From NCBI RefSeq assembly GCF_013315695.1, contig NZ_CP054353.1: a DNA stretch of 64,000 nt. One strand, given 5' to 3'. A program made the translations under genes and the position numbers. Position 1 is the first letter of the stretch. Each line of letters begins with the position of its first letter. Source of the DNA: Escherichia coli (lineage in GTDB: Bacteria > Pseudomonadota > Gammaproteobacteria > Enterobacterales > Enterobacteriaceae). The notes below the pieces were generated by a model. The model was given only the letters and a program-made list of their open reading frames with translations. It was not told the DNA's origin and did not search any database. Positions 12,415 through 25,135 of the stretch are shown in pieces.

Positions 12415-12744
12415 TGCTAACCTCATATAATCGCCATCACTTATCAGCAAGACGTTGAACGATTGGTGTAATTAATCATACGATGAGACAAATCCTAAAG
12501 AAACTTTAGTCAAAAATCCAGCGAATTTACGAATCGTCTCCAGTGAATAATTCAATCTTTTGACCTGAAATAGATATTTGAAAACTGGAGTTTGCGAGGC
12601 GGGTAATTAGACACTACTTTACAGGTAATTTACCCTATAAATATGAGGGATAAAAATATTGTGCACGGTATAGAAATAAGTAACAAAAGAGAATATATTC
12701 CGGCACCTTCGCTACATAAAAGGTGCCGAAAATAACGCAAGAAA

Positions 12745-13743
<999 letters not shown>

Positions 13744-13928
13744 TCAGAACATCGTTTTTTCGTCACGCCAGGCGGGTGACTAATACGATTTAATAATAAA
13801 AAAGGGGCTAACTATAACCACTATATCATTTATAGCCTTAGTGTATAGGTGTGAAGAAAAAATAATATGCAATAAAAAAGGGCCGCTTTCGCGACCCTTT
13901 GTTTATAAAAACCTGACAAAATTAAAGG

Positions 13929-16526
13929 TTATTTTTTCCCTTCAACCCATTTGCCATCAACATAAAATGCTGACCAGCCAGTCGCCTTTCCGTCTTTTTC
14001 CGAAGAGACATATTGCTGTTTGGTTTTACGGCTAAAGCGAACCATGGTCTTATTACCTTCCGGATCCTGCTGTGGCGCATCGGCCAGATAACGCAGTTTT
14101 TCCGGCAGACGGTCGCGGAAGCGATAAAGCTCTTCCACCAGTGGCGCACGTGTTTCACGCGATTTCGGGAAGGTATTGGCCGCCAGGAACACACCGGCAG
14201 CACCGTCACGCAGCACGAAATAAGCATCTGATTTTTCGCACGGCAGCTCAGGTAATGGCACCGGATCTTCTTTCGGTGGTGCCACTTCGCCGTTACGTAA
14301 AATCTTACGTGTGTTTTTACACTCTTCGTTGGTGCAGGCCATGTATTTACCGAAACGGCCCATTTTCAGGTGCATTTCAGAGCCACATTTTTCACACTCA
14401 ACGATCGGGCCGTCATAACCTTTAATGCGGAATTCGCCCTCTTCGATCTCGTAACCGTCGCAGGTTGGGTTATTACCACAGACATGCAACTTACGTTTCG
14501 GATCGATGAGATAGCTGTCCATCGCCGTGCCGCATTTCGGGCAACGACGTTTTGCGCGCAGCGCGTTGGTTTCAGCGTCTTCGCCTTCCAGCACGTTCAG
14601 CACTTCGTTTTCCGGCACCAGGTTAATGGTGGTTTTGCAACGCTCTTTCGGCGGCAGCGCATAACCAGAACAGCCAAGGAATACCCCGGTGCTCGCTGTG
14701 CGAATCCCCATTTTGCGACCACAAGTCGGGCAGTCAATGCTGGTCAGAACCATCTGGTTCGGGCGCATACCACCCTCTTCCGGATCTTTTTCAGCTTTAT
14801 CTAACTGCTGAGTGAAATCCGAGAAGAAGTGATCCAGTACAGCTTTCCACTCTGCTTCGTGATTGGCCACCTGGTCGAGGCTGTTTTCCATCTGCGCAGT
14901 AAAGTCGTAGTTCATTAACTCGCGGAAATTCTCTTCCAGGCGATCGGTGACGATTTCGCCCATTTTTTCCGCATAGAAACGACGATTTTCTACTCGCACA
15001 TAGCCACGATCCTGAATGGTCGAAATGATCGACGCATAGGTAGAAGGACGACCGATACCGCGTTTTTCCAGCTCTTTGACCAGCGATGCTTCACTGAAAC
15101 GGGCTGGAGGCTTGGTAAAGTGCTGGGCTGGTGTCAGTTCAACGAGCGTCAGAGCATCGCCTTTATCGACTGCCGGTAAGATACGATCTTCATCGCCTTT
15201 ACGCAGTGCAGGCATCACTTTCGTCCAGCCATCAAAGCGTAAAATACGACCGCGTGCTTTCAGGCGGAAATCGCCCGCACCAACGGTCAGCGTCGTGGAG
15301 TCATATTTCGCTGGGGTCATCTGGCAGGCTACGAACTGACGCCAGATTAACTGGTACAGTTTCTGCGCATCTGCTTCCATATCCTTCAACGATTCCGCCA
15401 TCACATTGACGTCAGAAGGACGAATCGCTTCGTGCGCTTCCTGTGAGTTTTCTTTGCTGGCGTACTGATTCGGACTTTCCGGCAGATATTTCTTACCAAA
15501 ATTATCGCTGATATAACCGCGAACCATATTTACCGCGTCCTGACTCAGGTTAGTGGAGTCGGTACGCATGTAAGTGATATAGCCTGCTTCATACAAACGC
15601 TGCGCCATCATCATGGTTTTTTTCACGCCAAATCCAAGACGGGTGCTGGCAGCTTGTTGCAGCGTAGAGGTAATAAAAGGAGCGCCAGGTTTACTGGTTG
15701 TCGGTTTGTCTTCACGTTCCAGCACGCTGTAGCGCGCTTTTTCCAGCAGACTTACCGCAGCCTGAGTTTGTTCTTTGTTGACCGGACGGAACGGTTTGTC
15801 GTTCTGATGAGTCACCTGTAACGCCAACGCTTCACCAGATGGCGTGGTCGTGCTGGCATCGACTTCCCAGAACTCTTCCGGCACGAACGCTTTAATTTCA
15901 CGCTCACGCTCGACCACCAGGCGGACCGCCACCGACTGCACACGACCGGCAGACAGACCACGAGCGATCTTTTTCCATAGCAGCGGCGAAACCATATACC
16001 CCACCACGCGGTCCATAAAGCGACGCGCCTGCTGGGCATTAACACGATCAATATTCAGCTCACCCGGTTTGTTAAATGCCTGGCGGATCGCGTTTTTAGT
16101 AATTTCGTTAAACACCACTCGGCTATAGCGCGCATCATCACCACCAATCACTTCCCGCAGGTGCCATGCAATGGCTTCCCCTTCGCGGTCAAGGTCGGTT
16201 GCGAGATAGATGTGGTCGGCTTTTTCAGCCAGTTGTTTCAGTTCAGAGACGACCTTCTCTTTACCAGGCAACACTTCATAGTGCGCCTCCCAATTGTGCC
16301 ACGGGTCAACCCCCATACGGTTGACGAGAGCGCCACGTTCATCCTTTTTAGGCTTTTTAGCCGTCTTGGTGGAGGTAGAGTCGGCACTCTTTTTGGCAGC
16401 TGAGCCACTGGTCGGCAAATCGCGGATGTGACCGACGCTGGATTTCACCACGTAGTCACTACCCAGATACTTGTTGATCGTTTTGGCTTTTGCCGGGGAC
16501 TCAACGATGACAAGAGCTTTACCCAT
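13929..16526 (-). CDS. topA: DNA topoisomerase I
   Basis: Start at [22 protein letters not shown] within ORF 13929..16568; TOPRIM domain and C-terminal zinc ribbons. Confidence 0.95.
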   Translation of the reverse strand: MGKALVIVESPAKAKTINKYLGSDYVVKSSVGHIRDLPTSGSAAKKSADSTSTKTAKKPKKDERGALVNRMGVDPWHNWEAHYEVLPGKEKVVSELKQLAEKADHIYLATDLDREGEAIAWHLREVIGGDDARYSRVVFNEITKNAIRQAFNKPGELNIDRVNAQQARRFMDRVVGYMVSPLLWKKIARGLSAGRVQSVAVRLVVEREREIKAFVPEEFWEVDASTTTPSGEALALQVTHQNDKPFRPVNKEQTQAAVSLLEKARYSVLEREDKPTTSKPGAPFITSTLQQAASTRLGFGVKKTMMMAQRLYEAGYITYMRTDSTNLSQDAVNMVRGYISDNFGKKYLPESPNQYASKENSQEAHEAIRPSDVNVMAESLKDMEADAQKLYQLIWRQFVACQMTPAKYDSTTLTVGAGDFRLKARGRILRFDGWTKVMPALRKGDEDRILPAVDKGDALTLVELTPAQHFTKPPARFSEASLVKELEKRGIGRPSTYASIISTIQDRGYVRVENRRFYAEKMGEIVTDRLEENFRELMNYDFTAQMENSLDQVANHEAEWKAVLDHFFSDFTQQLDKAEKDPEEGGMRPNQMVLTSIDCPTCGRKMGIRTASTGVFLGCSGYALPPKERCKTTINLVPENEVLNVLEGEDAETNALRAKRRCPKCGTAMDSYLIDPKRKLHVCGNNPTCDGYEIEEGEFRIKGYDGPIVECEKCGSEMHLKMGRFGKYMACTNEECKNTRKILRNGEVAPPKEDPVPLPELPCEKSDAYFVLRDGAAGVFLAANTFPKSRETRAPLVEELYRFRDRLPEKLRYLADAPQQDPEGNKTMVRFSRKTKQQYVSSEKDGKATGWSAFYVDGKWVEGKK

Positions 16527-16905
16527 ATTCACCTTACCTAATTTGATTCTTCCAGGAATGCGTCGCACGTTGATAAACCTTCCACTGGCAACGAGTTACC
16601 GATATGGACTCGCTCTCTGCGGATATCAACCCCTTGTCGTGACTCTGTTCACGAAAATTCAGGTGACTGAGTTAACAGGTCTTGGCCTACAGGCGCTATA
16701 GCACGACGGAATTTTGGTCGAATGTCAAGCAAATCTATTGCCAGATTGACGAAAGCGTCACACTGTACCTGATAAAATCCGATACGCAACTTTATTAGCA
16801 TGCAAAATCCAAAGTTGCCAGTAAGGCGCTCTTGCCACCAGCGTGGTATATTTGTCTGCAAGCCATGCCTGGCGTAGACTAATGTCCTTGTTTAAGGAGT
16901 AAATA

Positions 16906-17157
16906 ATGAACAAAGAGACACAACCCATCGACCGCGAGACGCTGTTGAAAGAGGCCAACAAAATCATTCGTGAGCATGAGGATACGCTCGCAGGGATTGA
17001 AGCCACCGGCGTCACGCAGCGTAATGGCGTGCTGGTATTTACCGGCGACTACTTTTTAGATGAACAAGGATTGCCAACAGCCAAAAGCACCGCGGTGTTT
17101 AATATGTTCAAACACCTGGCCCATGTGCTTTCAGAAAAATATCACCTGGTTGATTAA
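16906..17157 (+). CDS. yciN: small protein YciN
   Basis: 83-aa ORF between topA and sohB. Confidence 0.8.
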
Positions 17158-17192
17158 AGCAAAACGCGAGGTCTTAGCCTCGCGTTTGTCTT

Positions 17193-18242
17193 TTACATCA
17201 ATGGCTTTTGACCCCGCTGCCACCAGCGTAACAACAATCGATCGGCGCTCTCTGCCGCGCTGCCGGTGAATCGGTCAATGAGTCGTTTACGTTGCATATA
17301 GCGTACATTGACCACTTCACGGCCTTCCATCAGGCTAAGAATAACTTCATCACTGGTGTTGATTTCATCAACCAGGCCTTTCTCTACCGCCTGTTGTCCG
17401 TACCAGTGTTCACCCGTTGCCACCTGTTCAATATCCAGAGACGGACGCATACGCTTCACAAAATCTTTAAATAACTGATGCGTTTCGTTCAGCTCTTCGC
17501 GGAATTTCTCCCGCCCTTCTTCGGTGTTTTCACCCAGCAAGGTCAGCGTGCGCTTATACTGCCCGGCGGTGTGCAGTTCGATATCAATATCTTTGCTTTT
17601 CAGGAAGCGGTTAAAGTTGGGCATTTGTGCCACCACGCCAATGGAACCCACAATAGCAAACGGTGCGGAAACAATTTTGTCCGCCACACAGGCCATCATG
17701 TAACCGCCGCTGGCAGCGACTTTGTCTACCGTAACAGTTAAAGGAATGTTTTTATCACGCAGACGCTGCAGCTGCGAAGCCGCCAACCCGTAACCATGCA
17801 CCATGCCACCAGGGCTTTCCAGACGGAGCACAACCTGATCCTGCGGTTTGAATGCTGCGAGTACCGCCGTTATCTCTTCACGTAGCGAGTTCACTTCATG
17901 GGCGTCCATGCTGCCTTTAAAATCCAGCACCCAGACGCGAGGTTTACTGTCAGTTGCCATCTCGCCCAGTTTGGCTTTCGCTTTTGCTGCTTTCGCTTCT
18001 TGCTTGTGCTTTTTCTTCTGCGCTTTGTGCCACTGTTTTTGCTGATGTGAGTCCATCAGCGCCGCGGCCAGTTCTTCTTTCATCTCCTTATACTGTTCGC
18101 TGAGATTGTTGACCCGTAACTCGCCACGCTGGCGTTTATTACGTTGAGCAACATTGACTATAATGGCGGCAATCGCCGCAATCGCTAGCACAACGGTAAC
18201 GATTTTCGCCAAAAACAAACCATATTCAGACAACAATTCCAC
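17193..18242 (-). CDS. sohB: S49-family periplasmic protease SohB
   Basis: 349-aa ORF with N-terminal TM segment and ClpP/SppA-like domain. Confidence 0.9.
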   Translation of the reverse strand: MELLSEYGLFLAKIVTVVLAIAAIAAIIVNVAQRNKRQRGELRVNNLSEQYKEMKEELAAALMDSHQQKQWHKAQKKKHKQEAKAAKAKAKLGEMATDSKPRVWVLDFKGSMDAHEVNSLREEITAVLAAFKPQDQVVLRLESPGGMVHGYGLAASQLQRLRDKNIPLTVTVDKVAASGGYMMACVADKIVSAPFAIVGSIGVVAQMPNFNRFLKSKDIDIELHTAGQYKRTLTLLGENTEEGREKFREELNETHQLFKDFVKRMRPSLDIEQVATGEHWYGQQAVEKGLVDEINTSDEVILSLMEGREVVNVRYMQRKRLIDRFTGSAAESADRLLLRWWQRGQKPLM

Positions 18243-18461
18243 GAGTCCCCACCTTGGTTAAACAACGCTTTGGCTCACAGTTTACAACAGGCATGTTAAG
18301 CCGTCTCGCAGAGATGTTATTGCAGCGAAAGTATGACAAAGTATCCATTTTGCGGTGTTATCGCCCCAGGCTGATTGAAATGCCCTTCTGTTTCAGGCAT
18401 AAAGCCCCAAAGTCTTAAAGTACACTGGCAGCGCGACAGACAACGTCGTTGAGGAGTAGCC

Positions 18462-19220
18462 ATGCATTACCAGCCAAAACAAGATTTACTCAATGATCGC
18501 ATTATCCTGGTGACGGGAGCCAGCAATGGTATTGGTCGTGAAGCCGCGATGACGTATGCACGCTATGGTGCGACAGTGATTCTGTTGGGCCGTAATGAAG
18601 AAAAATTACGTCAGGTAGCCAGCCACATAAACGAAGAAACTGGGCGTCAGCCACAGTGGTTTATTCTCGATTTGCTGACCTGCACGTCCGAAGATTGCCA
18701 ACAACTGGCACAGCGCATTGCCGTTAATTATCCGCGTCTGGATGGTGTTTTGCATAATGCCGGATTGCTCGGCGATGTTTGCCCAATGAGCGAACAAAAT
18801 CCGCAGGTCTGGCAGGACGTCATGCAGGTCAACGTTAATGCCACCTTTATGCTCACCCAGGCACTGCTTCCTTTATTACTCAAATCGGACGCCGGTTCAC
18901 TGGTCTTTACTTCATCAAGCGTTGGACGTCAGGGGCGTGCAAACTGGGGCGCTTATGCAGCGTCGAAATTTGCCACCGAAGGGATGATGCAGGTACTGGC
19001 CGATGAATATCAGCAGCGCCTGCGCGTCAACTGCATTAACCCAGGCGGTACGCGCACCGCAATGCGTGCCAGCGCCTTCCCGACCGAAGATCCACAGAAA
19101 CTTAAAACACCCGCTGATATCATGCCGCTCTACCTCTGGCTGATGGGCGATGACAGCCGCCGTAAAACCGGCATGACCTTTGACGCCCAACCGGGCCGTA
19201 AACCAGGAATTTCCCAATGA
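18462..19220 (+). CDS. yciK: short-chain dehydrogenase/reductase YciK
   Basis: 252-aa ORF with TGASNGIG Rossmann motif. Confidence 0.9.
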   Translation: MHYQPKQDLLNDRIILVTGASNGIGREAAMTYARYGATVILLGRNEEKLRQVASHINEETGRQPQWFILDLLTCTSEDCQQLAQRIAVNYPRLDGVLHNAGLLGDVCPMSEQNPQVWQDVMQVNVNATFMLTQALLPLLLKSDAGSLVFTSSSVGRQGRANWGAYAASKFATEGMMQVLADEYQQRLRVNCINPGGTRTAMRASAFPTEDPQKLKTPADIMPLYLWLMGDDSRRKTGMTFDAQPGRKPGISQ

Positions 19221-19807
19221 GTGATGAACGCTACCAACAGCGTCAGCAGCGAGTGAAAGAAAAAGTCGATGCTCGTGTGGCCCAGGCCCAGGATGAACGC
19301 GGTATTATCATCGTCTTTACCGGCAATGGAAAAGGCAAAACCACCGCGGCATTTGGTACGGCAACACGCGCAGTTGGTCACGGAAAAAAAGTGGGCGTCG
19401 TGCAGTTTATTAAAGGCACCTGGCCTAATGGCGAACGAAATCTGCTGGAGCCGCATGGCGTTGAGTTTCAGGTAATGGCAACGGGCTTTACCTGGGATAC
19501 GCAGAATCGCGAGTCGGATACCGCCGCCTGCCGTGAAGTCTGGCAACATGCCAAACGGATGTTGGCAGATCCCTCACTGGATATGGTTTTGCTCGATGAG
19601 CTGACTTATATGGTCGCGTATGACTATTTGCCACCTGAAGAAGTGATTCAGGCGTTAAATGAACGTCCACATCAGCAAACCGTCATTATTACGGGTCGAG
19701 GCTGTCATCGGGATATACTCGAACTGGCGGATACGGTAAGTGAGTTACGCCCCGTGAAACATGCGTTTGATGCTGGCGTAAAAGCACAGATAGGGATTGA
19801 TTACTAA
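19217..19807 (+). CDS. btuR: cob(I)alamin adenosyltransferase
   Basis: 196-aa ORF with P-loop GNGKGKTTAAFG; overlaps yciK stop. Confidence 0.9.
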   Translation: MSDERYQQRQQRVKEKVDARVAQAQDERGIIIVFTGNGKGKTTAAFGTATRAVGHGKKVGVVQFIKGTWPNGERNLLEPHGVEFQVMATGFTWDTQNRESDTAACREVWQHAKRMLADPSLDMVLLDELTYMVAYDYLPPEEVIQALNERPHQQTVIITGRGCHRDILELADTVSELRPVKHAFDAGVKAQIGIDY

Positions 19808-19812
19808 GTGAA

Positions 19813-19846
19813 AGCACCTCAAAAGATTGCCTCTTGAGGTGCTTTA
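19813..19846. terminator. hairpin terminator downstream of btuR, at left edge of inserted islet
   Basis: Inverted repeat gcacctcaa...ttgaggtgc followed by T-rich tract. Confidence 0.5.
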
Positions 19847-19859
19847 ATCATAATTATAT

Positions 19860-20168
19860 TCAAGCGGCAATAGCAAAATTCAGAATGCGTATAATCTCAT
19901 TGAAATGTCTCTGATATGTTTCATGATTCTCAGCGTCAACATCTTCAATAAATAATATCAGTTCAGTAATTAGCGCATTAGCATCGTCATAATTTATCCC
20001 TGCTAACTCTGGCGAAGTTTCAGTACCATAGTTAATCGTCAGGTTGTTCATAACTGTGAGGATATGGATAAAATATTTATGACAAACATTACATGTGGTT
20101 TTATTGCCCAGGGTATTATACAGCATATCAAGTAATGCCAGTATTCTACGATTTTGCACATCGTTCAT
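19860..20168 (-). CDS. hypothetical 102-aa protein, co-operonic with upstream lipoprotein gene (islet)
   Basis: ORF 11 bp downstream of lipoprotein ORF stop; AT-rich; not recognised. Confidence 0.5.
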   Translation of the reverse strand: MNDVQNRRILALLDMLYNTLGNKTTCNVCHKYFIHILTVMNNLTINYGTETSPELAGINYDDANALITELILFIEDVDAENHETYQRHFNEIIRILNFAIAA

Positions 20169-20178
20169 AAAAAGCCTC

Positions 20179-21144
20179 CTATAACATTATTCCGCTGGCA
20201 ATAAGTAATTTTGCCAGCCCCTCAGACGCCTTTAACCCACTAATGACCTGTGCGCGCAATATCTCATTTAACCTTTTTTGTTCAGCTGCCGTGCGTGTTT
20301 TATTAACATATAAATTATTCAGATAATCACCCTTATCTATAAAGGCATTTAAAGCCTCAATTGCGGGCATGGCAGGTGCCGATGCCTGTAGCCTGGTTTC
20401 ATTCACATTGATTACTGAACTTAGAAACTCCTTCCTGTTTTTCAGAGTGTTAAACTCTGTATTCTTAGCGTTTTTAGATGCCGTACTATAATAAAACATA
20501 TTATCATGCACATTCGCAAAGGTATAATTTTCAATCTTATTGCTTTTTGTATAAATATCATTACGCAAAACTGTCATGTTCCCTATAAGTCTTACCCAGT
20601 TTTCATCTACCGTTTTGCCTATTTTTCCAGAATTGACTTTTATTATATATAACTCATTGAAATAATTTACCAAATCTTTAACCGCTGCTGCAGATTGTGC
20701 TAAATCTTTGCTATGTGAAATACCAAGTAGTGTTTGTGCGTTATTTGCGTGATCCAGAGCCTGTTTAAGTAATGCCACTTGCTGACTTTCTGTCGTTGCC
20801 ATGTCCTCATTCAGAAGTTCTACATAAGCGCTCATGCTATTAATGACTTCCATTGAAGCCAGTAATTTTTCTTTCTCGAAAGTGACTAATTGTACTTTTT
20901 TTGTATTTGGCCCAGGGCGCTGGCATAATTTTCCGCCATTACCATCACCGCCTATATCTATGGTATAATCAGGTCGCAATGCACAATCCGGATTAGTCGC
21001 ATAAAAATTAACAAGGAAGTTTTCACGAGAAGCATAGTATTGTTTAAAGAAACTTGCATTCGCCGCAACCGCCTTGTTACCCGCAGTAATAACAGTTTCA
21101 GCTTGTTCATTCTTCAATGCTTCGGTTGCACAACCTGAAAGCAT
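20179..21144 (-). CDS. hypothetical lipoprotein, 5' end (signal-peptide region) split by IS1
   Basis: ORF begins MLSGCATE (lipobox Cys); remaining N-terminal codons MIRYSGIFLSLL lie across IS1 at 21921..21957 on the minus strand; low GC. Confidence 0.6.
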   Translation of the reverse strand: MLSGCATEALKNEQAETVITAGNKAVAANASFFKQYYASRENFLVNFYATNPDCALRPDYTIDIGGDGNGGKLCQRPGPNTKKVQLVTFEKEKLLASMEVINSMSAYVELLNEDMATTESQQVALLKQALDHANNAQTLLGISHSKDLAQSAAAVKDLVNYFNELYIIKVNSGKIGKTVDENWVRLIGNMTVLRNDIYTKSNKIENYTFANVHDNMFYYSTASKNAKNTEFNTLKNRKEFLSSVINVNETRLQASAPAMPAIEALNAFIDKGDYLNNLYVNKTRTAAEQKRLNEILRAQVISGLKASEGLAKLLIASGIML

Positions 21145-21207
21145 TAACAGCGGGTGATGCTGCCAACTTACTGATTTAGTGTATGATGGTGTTTTTGAGG
21201 TGCTCCA

Positions 21208-21483
21208 GTGGCTTCTGTTTCTATCAGCTGTCCCTCCTGTTCAGCTACTGACGGGGTGGTGCGTAACGGCAAAAGCACCGCCGGACATCAGCGCTATCTC
21301 TGCTCTCACTGCCGTAAAACATGGCAACTGCAGTTCACTTACACCGCTTCTCAACCCGGTACGCACCAGAAAATCATTGATATGGCCATGAATGGCGTTG
21401 GATGCCGGGCAACAGCCCGCATTATGGGCGTTGGCCTCAACACGATTTTACGTCACTTAAAAAACTCAGGCCGCAGTCGGTAA
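21208..21483 (+). CDS. insA: IS1 InsA
   Basis: 91-aa [46 protein letters not shown]... (zinc finger plus HTH). Confidence 0.95.
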
Positions 21484-21905
21484 CCTCGCGCATACAGCCG
21501 GGCAGTGACGTCATCGTCTGCGCGGAAATGGACGAACAGTGGGGCTATGTCGGGGCTAAATCGCGCCAGCGCTGGCTGTTTTACGCGTATGACAGGCTCC
21601 GGAAGACGGTTGTTGCGCACGTATTCGGTGAACGCACTATGGCGACGCTGGGGCGTCTTATGAGCCTGCTGTCACCCTTTGACGTGGTGATATGGATGAC
21701 GGATGGCTGGCCGCTGTATGAATCCCGCCTGAAGGGAAAGCTGCACGTAATCAGCAAGCGATATACGCAGCGAATTGAGCGGCATAACCTGAATCTGAGG
21801 CAGCACCTGGCACGGCTGGGACGGAAGTCGCTGTCGTTCTCAAAATCGGTGGAGCTGCATGACAAAGTCATCGGGCATTATCTGAACATAAAACACTATC
21901 AATAA
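21402..21905 (+). CDS. insB: IS1 InsB (expressed as InsAB' transposase by -1 frameshift)
   Basis: 167-aa ORF overlapping insA 3' end, typical IS1 organisation. Confidence 0.9.
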
Positions 21906-22126
21906 GTTGGAGTCATTACCTTAACAGCGATAGAAATATTCCACTATATCTAATCATAACCCACCTCTTGACGTTGAGTTTATCTCAGATAATTAAATAG
22001 TAATGTGGCTATTTCCTGGTAATATTCATAAGCAAGTATGAAATTAAATTAAAATACTGCGACTATTTATCATACTTCAAATGAAGAAAAGGCCCCGCAG
22101 GGCCTTTATTTTATACTTAACTTAAA

Positions 22127-23002
22127 TTAACCGTTATTATTACGTCCGCCAGAACGACGACCGCCGCTCACCTGACTGTGACGTTTCACCGCACGACGAA
22201 TCTGATTCGCCTTCATGCGACGACGGTCTTTTTCTACAGCGACTTTAGAGCTGGTTTCTGGCGGTAGCTCCACCAGTTCGCGCAGATAGTTAGTCTGGGC
22301 GAGGTCCAGCTCCGTCCAGCCACCGCGTGGCAGACCTTTTGGCAGTGGGATATCACCGTAACGAACACGGATCAGGCGGCTCACCTGCACACCAACCGCT
22401 TCCCAAAGACGACGAACTTCACGGTTACGGCCTTCGGTCAGAGTAACGTTGTACCACTGGTTGATCCCTTCGCCGCCGCTGAACTTGATGGTTTTAAAGG
22501 CTGCCGGACCATCTTCCAACTGCACGCCACGACTCAAATCACGCAGTTTCGCGTCGTCAACCTGACCAAATACACGCACGGCATATTCACGTTCAACTTC
22601 ACGGCTTGGGTGCATTAAACGGTTTGCCAGTTCACCATCGGTGGTGAACAGCAGCAGACCACAGGTATTAACGTCCAGGCGCCCCACGGCAATCCAGCGT
22701 GCGCCACGCAGTTTTGGCAGACGGTCAAACACCGTTGGACGTCCTTCCGGATCGTTACGGGTACACAACTCACCTTCCGGTTTGTAATAGGCCAGAACGC
22801 GACAAATTTGTTCAGCGGACTCACGTACCGAAATCAGGTGACCATCGATACGGATTTTCAATCCAGGGGTAACTTCAACGCGATCGCCGAGTTTAGCAAT
22901 TTTGCCATCAACACTCACACGACCGGCTTCAATAATAGATTCGATTTCACGGCGAGAGCCGTGGCCGGCACGCGCCAGCACTTTCTGTAGCTTTTCGCTC
23001 AT
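22127..23002 (-). CDS. rluB: 23S rRNA pseudouridine(2605) synthase
   Basis: 291-aa ORF with S4 domain and RsuA/RluB catalytic domain, Arg/Gly-rich C-terminal tail. Confidence 0.9.
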
Positions 23003-23212
23003 AGAGCTTCCTTTTGGTGTCGCCTTCCCAGGCGTCTGATATGCTTTTGTGCAACAGTGAGTCAGAATTTACATCTGACTCACTGATAGTAAAGTCTGTT
23101 TGAACTCTTCAGGCCTTAAGTAAACGACTCGACGTTTATCGGCCTGGCTTTGAGGCGCAACATACTACACTATCTTTATGGTTAAAGCTTGTTTCGATTA
23201 ACATCAGCTTAA

Positions 23213-25108
23213 TTACCAGCCACCACCGCCTCCGCCACCCGCCCCGCCGCCAGCACCACCACCGGAATAACTTCGCCCCAACAAACTGGTATTGGCCCCC
23301 AGGCTCAGGTGCATCTGTAATGAAAACAAAACGCCACTACGGGCAATTTCCGGGGCGTGAACAGCCGCTGTGAGTGATGGGGTGATACGTGCTGCCCATT
23401 CTTTTCCAAGGTTTGCCGAGACTGCCCAACCTAGCAACGCGTAATCCAGTTTCCGTGTTTCCCCTTTCCGCCGCCGCCCACTGTGTGTTGCTGCCTCTTT
23501 ACGCGCAAGATAGTTAACGATAGCTTCACCGTGGGCATAACGTTGCTGCCCAGTTTGGGTAAACTTTGGCAGAAAAATATACCCCATGCCAGTGAGATAA
23601 CCGGTCAGGAAAACAGCGCTAAAATAACCCGCTGGCATATACCAGTAAAAGAATACATCTCCGACATTGATATAGAGAGAATAAAAGGCCACGCCTGAAC
23701 AAATCAGCGGTAAAAACAAAGTGATGATTACACGATTAACGCAAGGCTTGTCATCATCGCGGACAAACAAAAGCTCAAGGGAACAAAATAAAAAAGGAAG
23801 AAGCCAGCAGATCATAATAAACATATCGCCAACCAGACTCATTCCTGCCCAACCTACGGGACTCAGGTTACCGTAGAGAATGACCGCCAATATCGCCATT
23901 CCGCCCCATTGCAAAAACGTATCTGGTCGATAAAACGAAGACTTTTTACGCGGCAGATAAAATTTCTGCATCCGTAAAAATGCCCTGCGTAAGACTCTGT
24001 TGCGTCTCCCCGTAAGAACGACCTTATCGCCTTTACGAAATAACGCTTCCAGTAATAACTGCTCTGCGGGCAGTAATACCGCATTATTTCTGGTCGCGCC
24101 TTCATTAACACAAATCAGGATTTGCTGGTTCTTGTCATACTGATCTTCCAGATGAATTTTTCCTTTAACAATCAGATTTACGATATCGGCACAAAAACCT
24201 TTATCGTCGTAAACCAGCTTCGCATCGAGACGTAACATGCCGGGTGTGTAATCTGGCGGAATGACATCGGTTTCAATCACATCTACCGGCGTAAATTGCG
24301 GCCTGCGCTTCCAGAGATATAACCATCCACACGCCAGGAAGAGACACGGAAACCAAATTAACAACGATGACGTAGAGGGTAAAAGAAGATGGCTGAAAAT
24401 ATTCGTCGTTTGTGGTGCCGGGGCATTACCAAGTAAAGCGTGAGGCCAGCGGTAGAGGACCGTGAAATCTTCACGATAAAACGGATCGCGGGATTCAATT
24501 CTTCCGTCCTCAAGGATGCGGCCATTTCGATATGTGTCGCCCTCTTCTCCAGTAAAGAGATCGATTTCGCTAAATGGATTACCCGCAATATCAGGCAACT
24601 TGAGTGAAAATAGGGTCTTATAAATTTCAAACGGCCAGTGGTTACCGGTCACGTTCCAGATTAGCAGATCAGAATCCCCTTCACGCAGGAAAGCATTTTT
24701 AACCTGATAATGAATTTGATAATGATAGTCGCCTTGAGGCAAGAAACGTTGTTTATCGCCCACGACAATACTCATTAACCCGATATGCCAGTCAAGATGC
24801 CAGGGTTCAGGAATACCATCACGGGTGACGCCAACAATATGATAGTTCAGCAGTGCAGCGTCCCCATCAGGCTGCATCCAGAGTCGTGGTAAATCACGAT
24901 AAAATCCGTGCTTAATCTGCTGATTTCGCGCCTGAAAATGAATATTTTCTTTGATGTCGAGCACCCCATCCGGTTGCAGAGTGGCTTCAACATCAAAGAG
25001 AGAGATCCCTTCTTCATAAGAAGGGATCTCCGTGTTTTTCGCATAACTCAACGAAGAGAAAAAAAGCCCAACTATCAACAGCAAAATGCAGCGAAACTTC
25101 CCTGCCAT
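23213..25108 (-). CDS. yciQ: DUF2207 membrane protein YciQ
   Basis: 631-aa ORF with signal peptide, TM segments and Gly-rich C-terminus; synteny. Confidence 0.85.
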   Translation of the reverse strand: MAGKFRCILLLIVGLFFSSLSYAKNTEIPSYEEGISLFDVEATLQPDGVLDIKENIHFQARNQQIKHGFYRDLPRLWMQPDGDAALLNYHIVGVTRDGIPEPWHLDWHIGLMSIVVGDKQRFLPQGDYHYQIHYQVKNAFLREGDSDLLIWNVTGNHWPFEIYKTLFSLKLPDIAGNPFSEIDLFTGEEGDTYRNGRILEDGRIESRDPFYREDFTVLYRWPHALLGNAPAPQTTNIFSHLLLPSTSSLLIWFPCLFLACGWLYLWKRRPQFTPVDVIETDVIPPDYTPGMLRLDAKLVYDDKGFCADIVNLIVKGKIHLEDQYDKNQQILICVNEGATRNNAVLLPAEQLLLEALFRKGDKVVLTGRRNRVLRRAFLRMQKFYLPRKKSSFYRPDTFLQWGGMAILAVILYGNLSPVGWAGMSLVGDMFIMICWLLPFLFCSLELLFVRDDDKPCVNRVIITLFLPLICSGVAFYSLYINVGDVFFYWYMPAGYFSAVFLTGYLTGMGYIFLPKFTQTGQQRYAHGEAIVNYLARKEAATHSGRRRKGETRKLDYALLGWAVSANLGKEWAARITPSLTAAVHAPEIARSGVLFSLQMHLSLGANTSLLGRSYSGGGAGGGAGGGGGGGW

Positions 25109-25135
25109 AGTCTTCCATCCGTGGAACGCAATTTG

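Larger units (their letters stand above)
21153..21920 (+). mobile_element. IS1 insertion sequence (768 bp) with 9-bp target duplication ttaacagcg
   Basis: Characteristic IS1 ends (ggtgatgctgccaacttactgat... / ...atcaataagttggagtcattacc), insA and insB ORFs; identical 9-mers at 21144..21152 and 21921..21929. Confidence 0.95.

Noticed and set aside
14370-14804. 144-aa plus-strand ORF (and similar ORFs at 14072..14425, 15076..15409, 15844..16128)
   Set aside because: All lie antisense within topA; no independent evidence. The same applies to antisense ORFs within acnA, trpE/D/C/B and yciQ.
21581-21871. 96-aa minus-strand ORF inside IS1 (also at 35350..35640)
   Set aside because: Antisense to insB within a well-characterised element; treated as a non-coding shadow ORF.
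23213-23260. GC-rich simple repeat (ccaccgcc…) at the 3' end of yciQ
   Set aside because: Encodes the poly-Gly/Ala C-terminal tail of YciQ; coding low-complexity, not a regulatory repeat.
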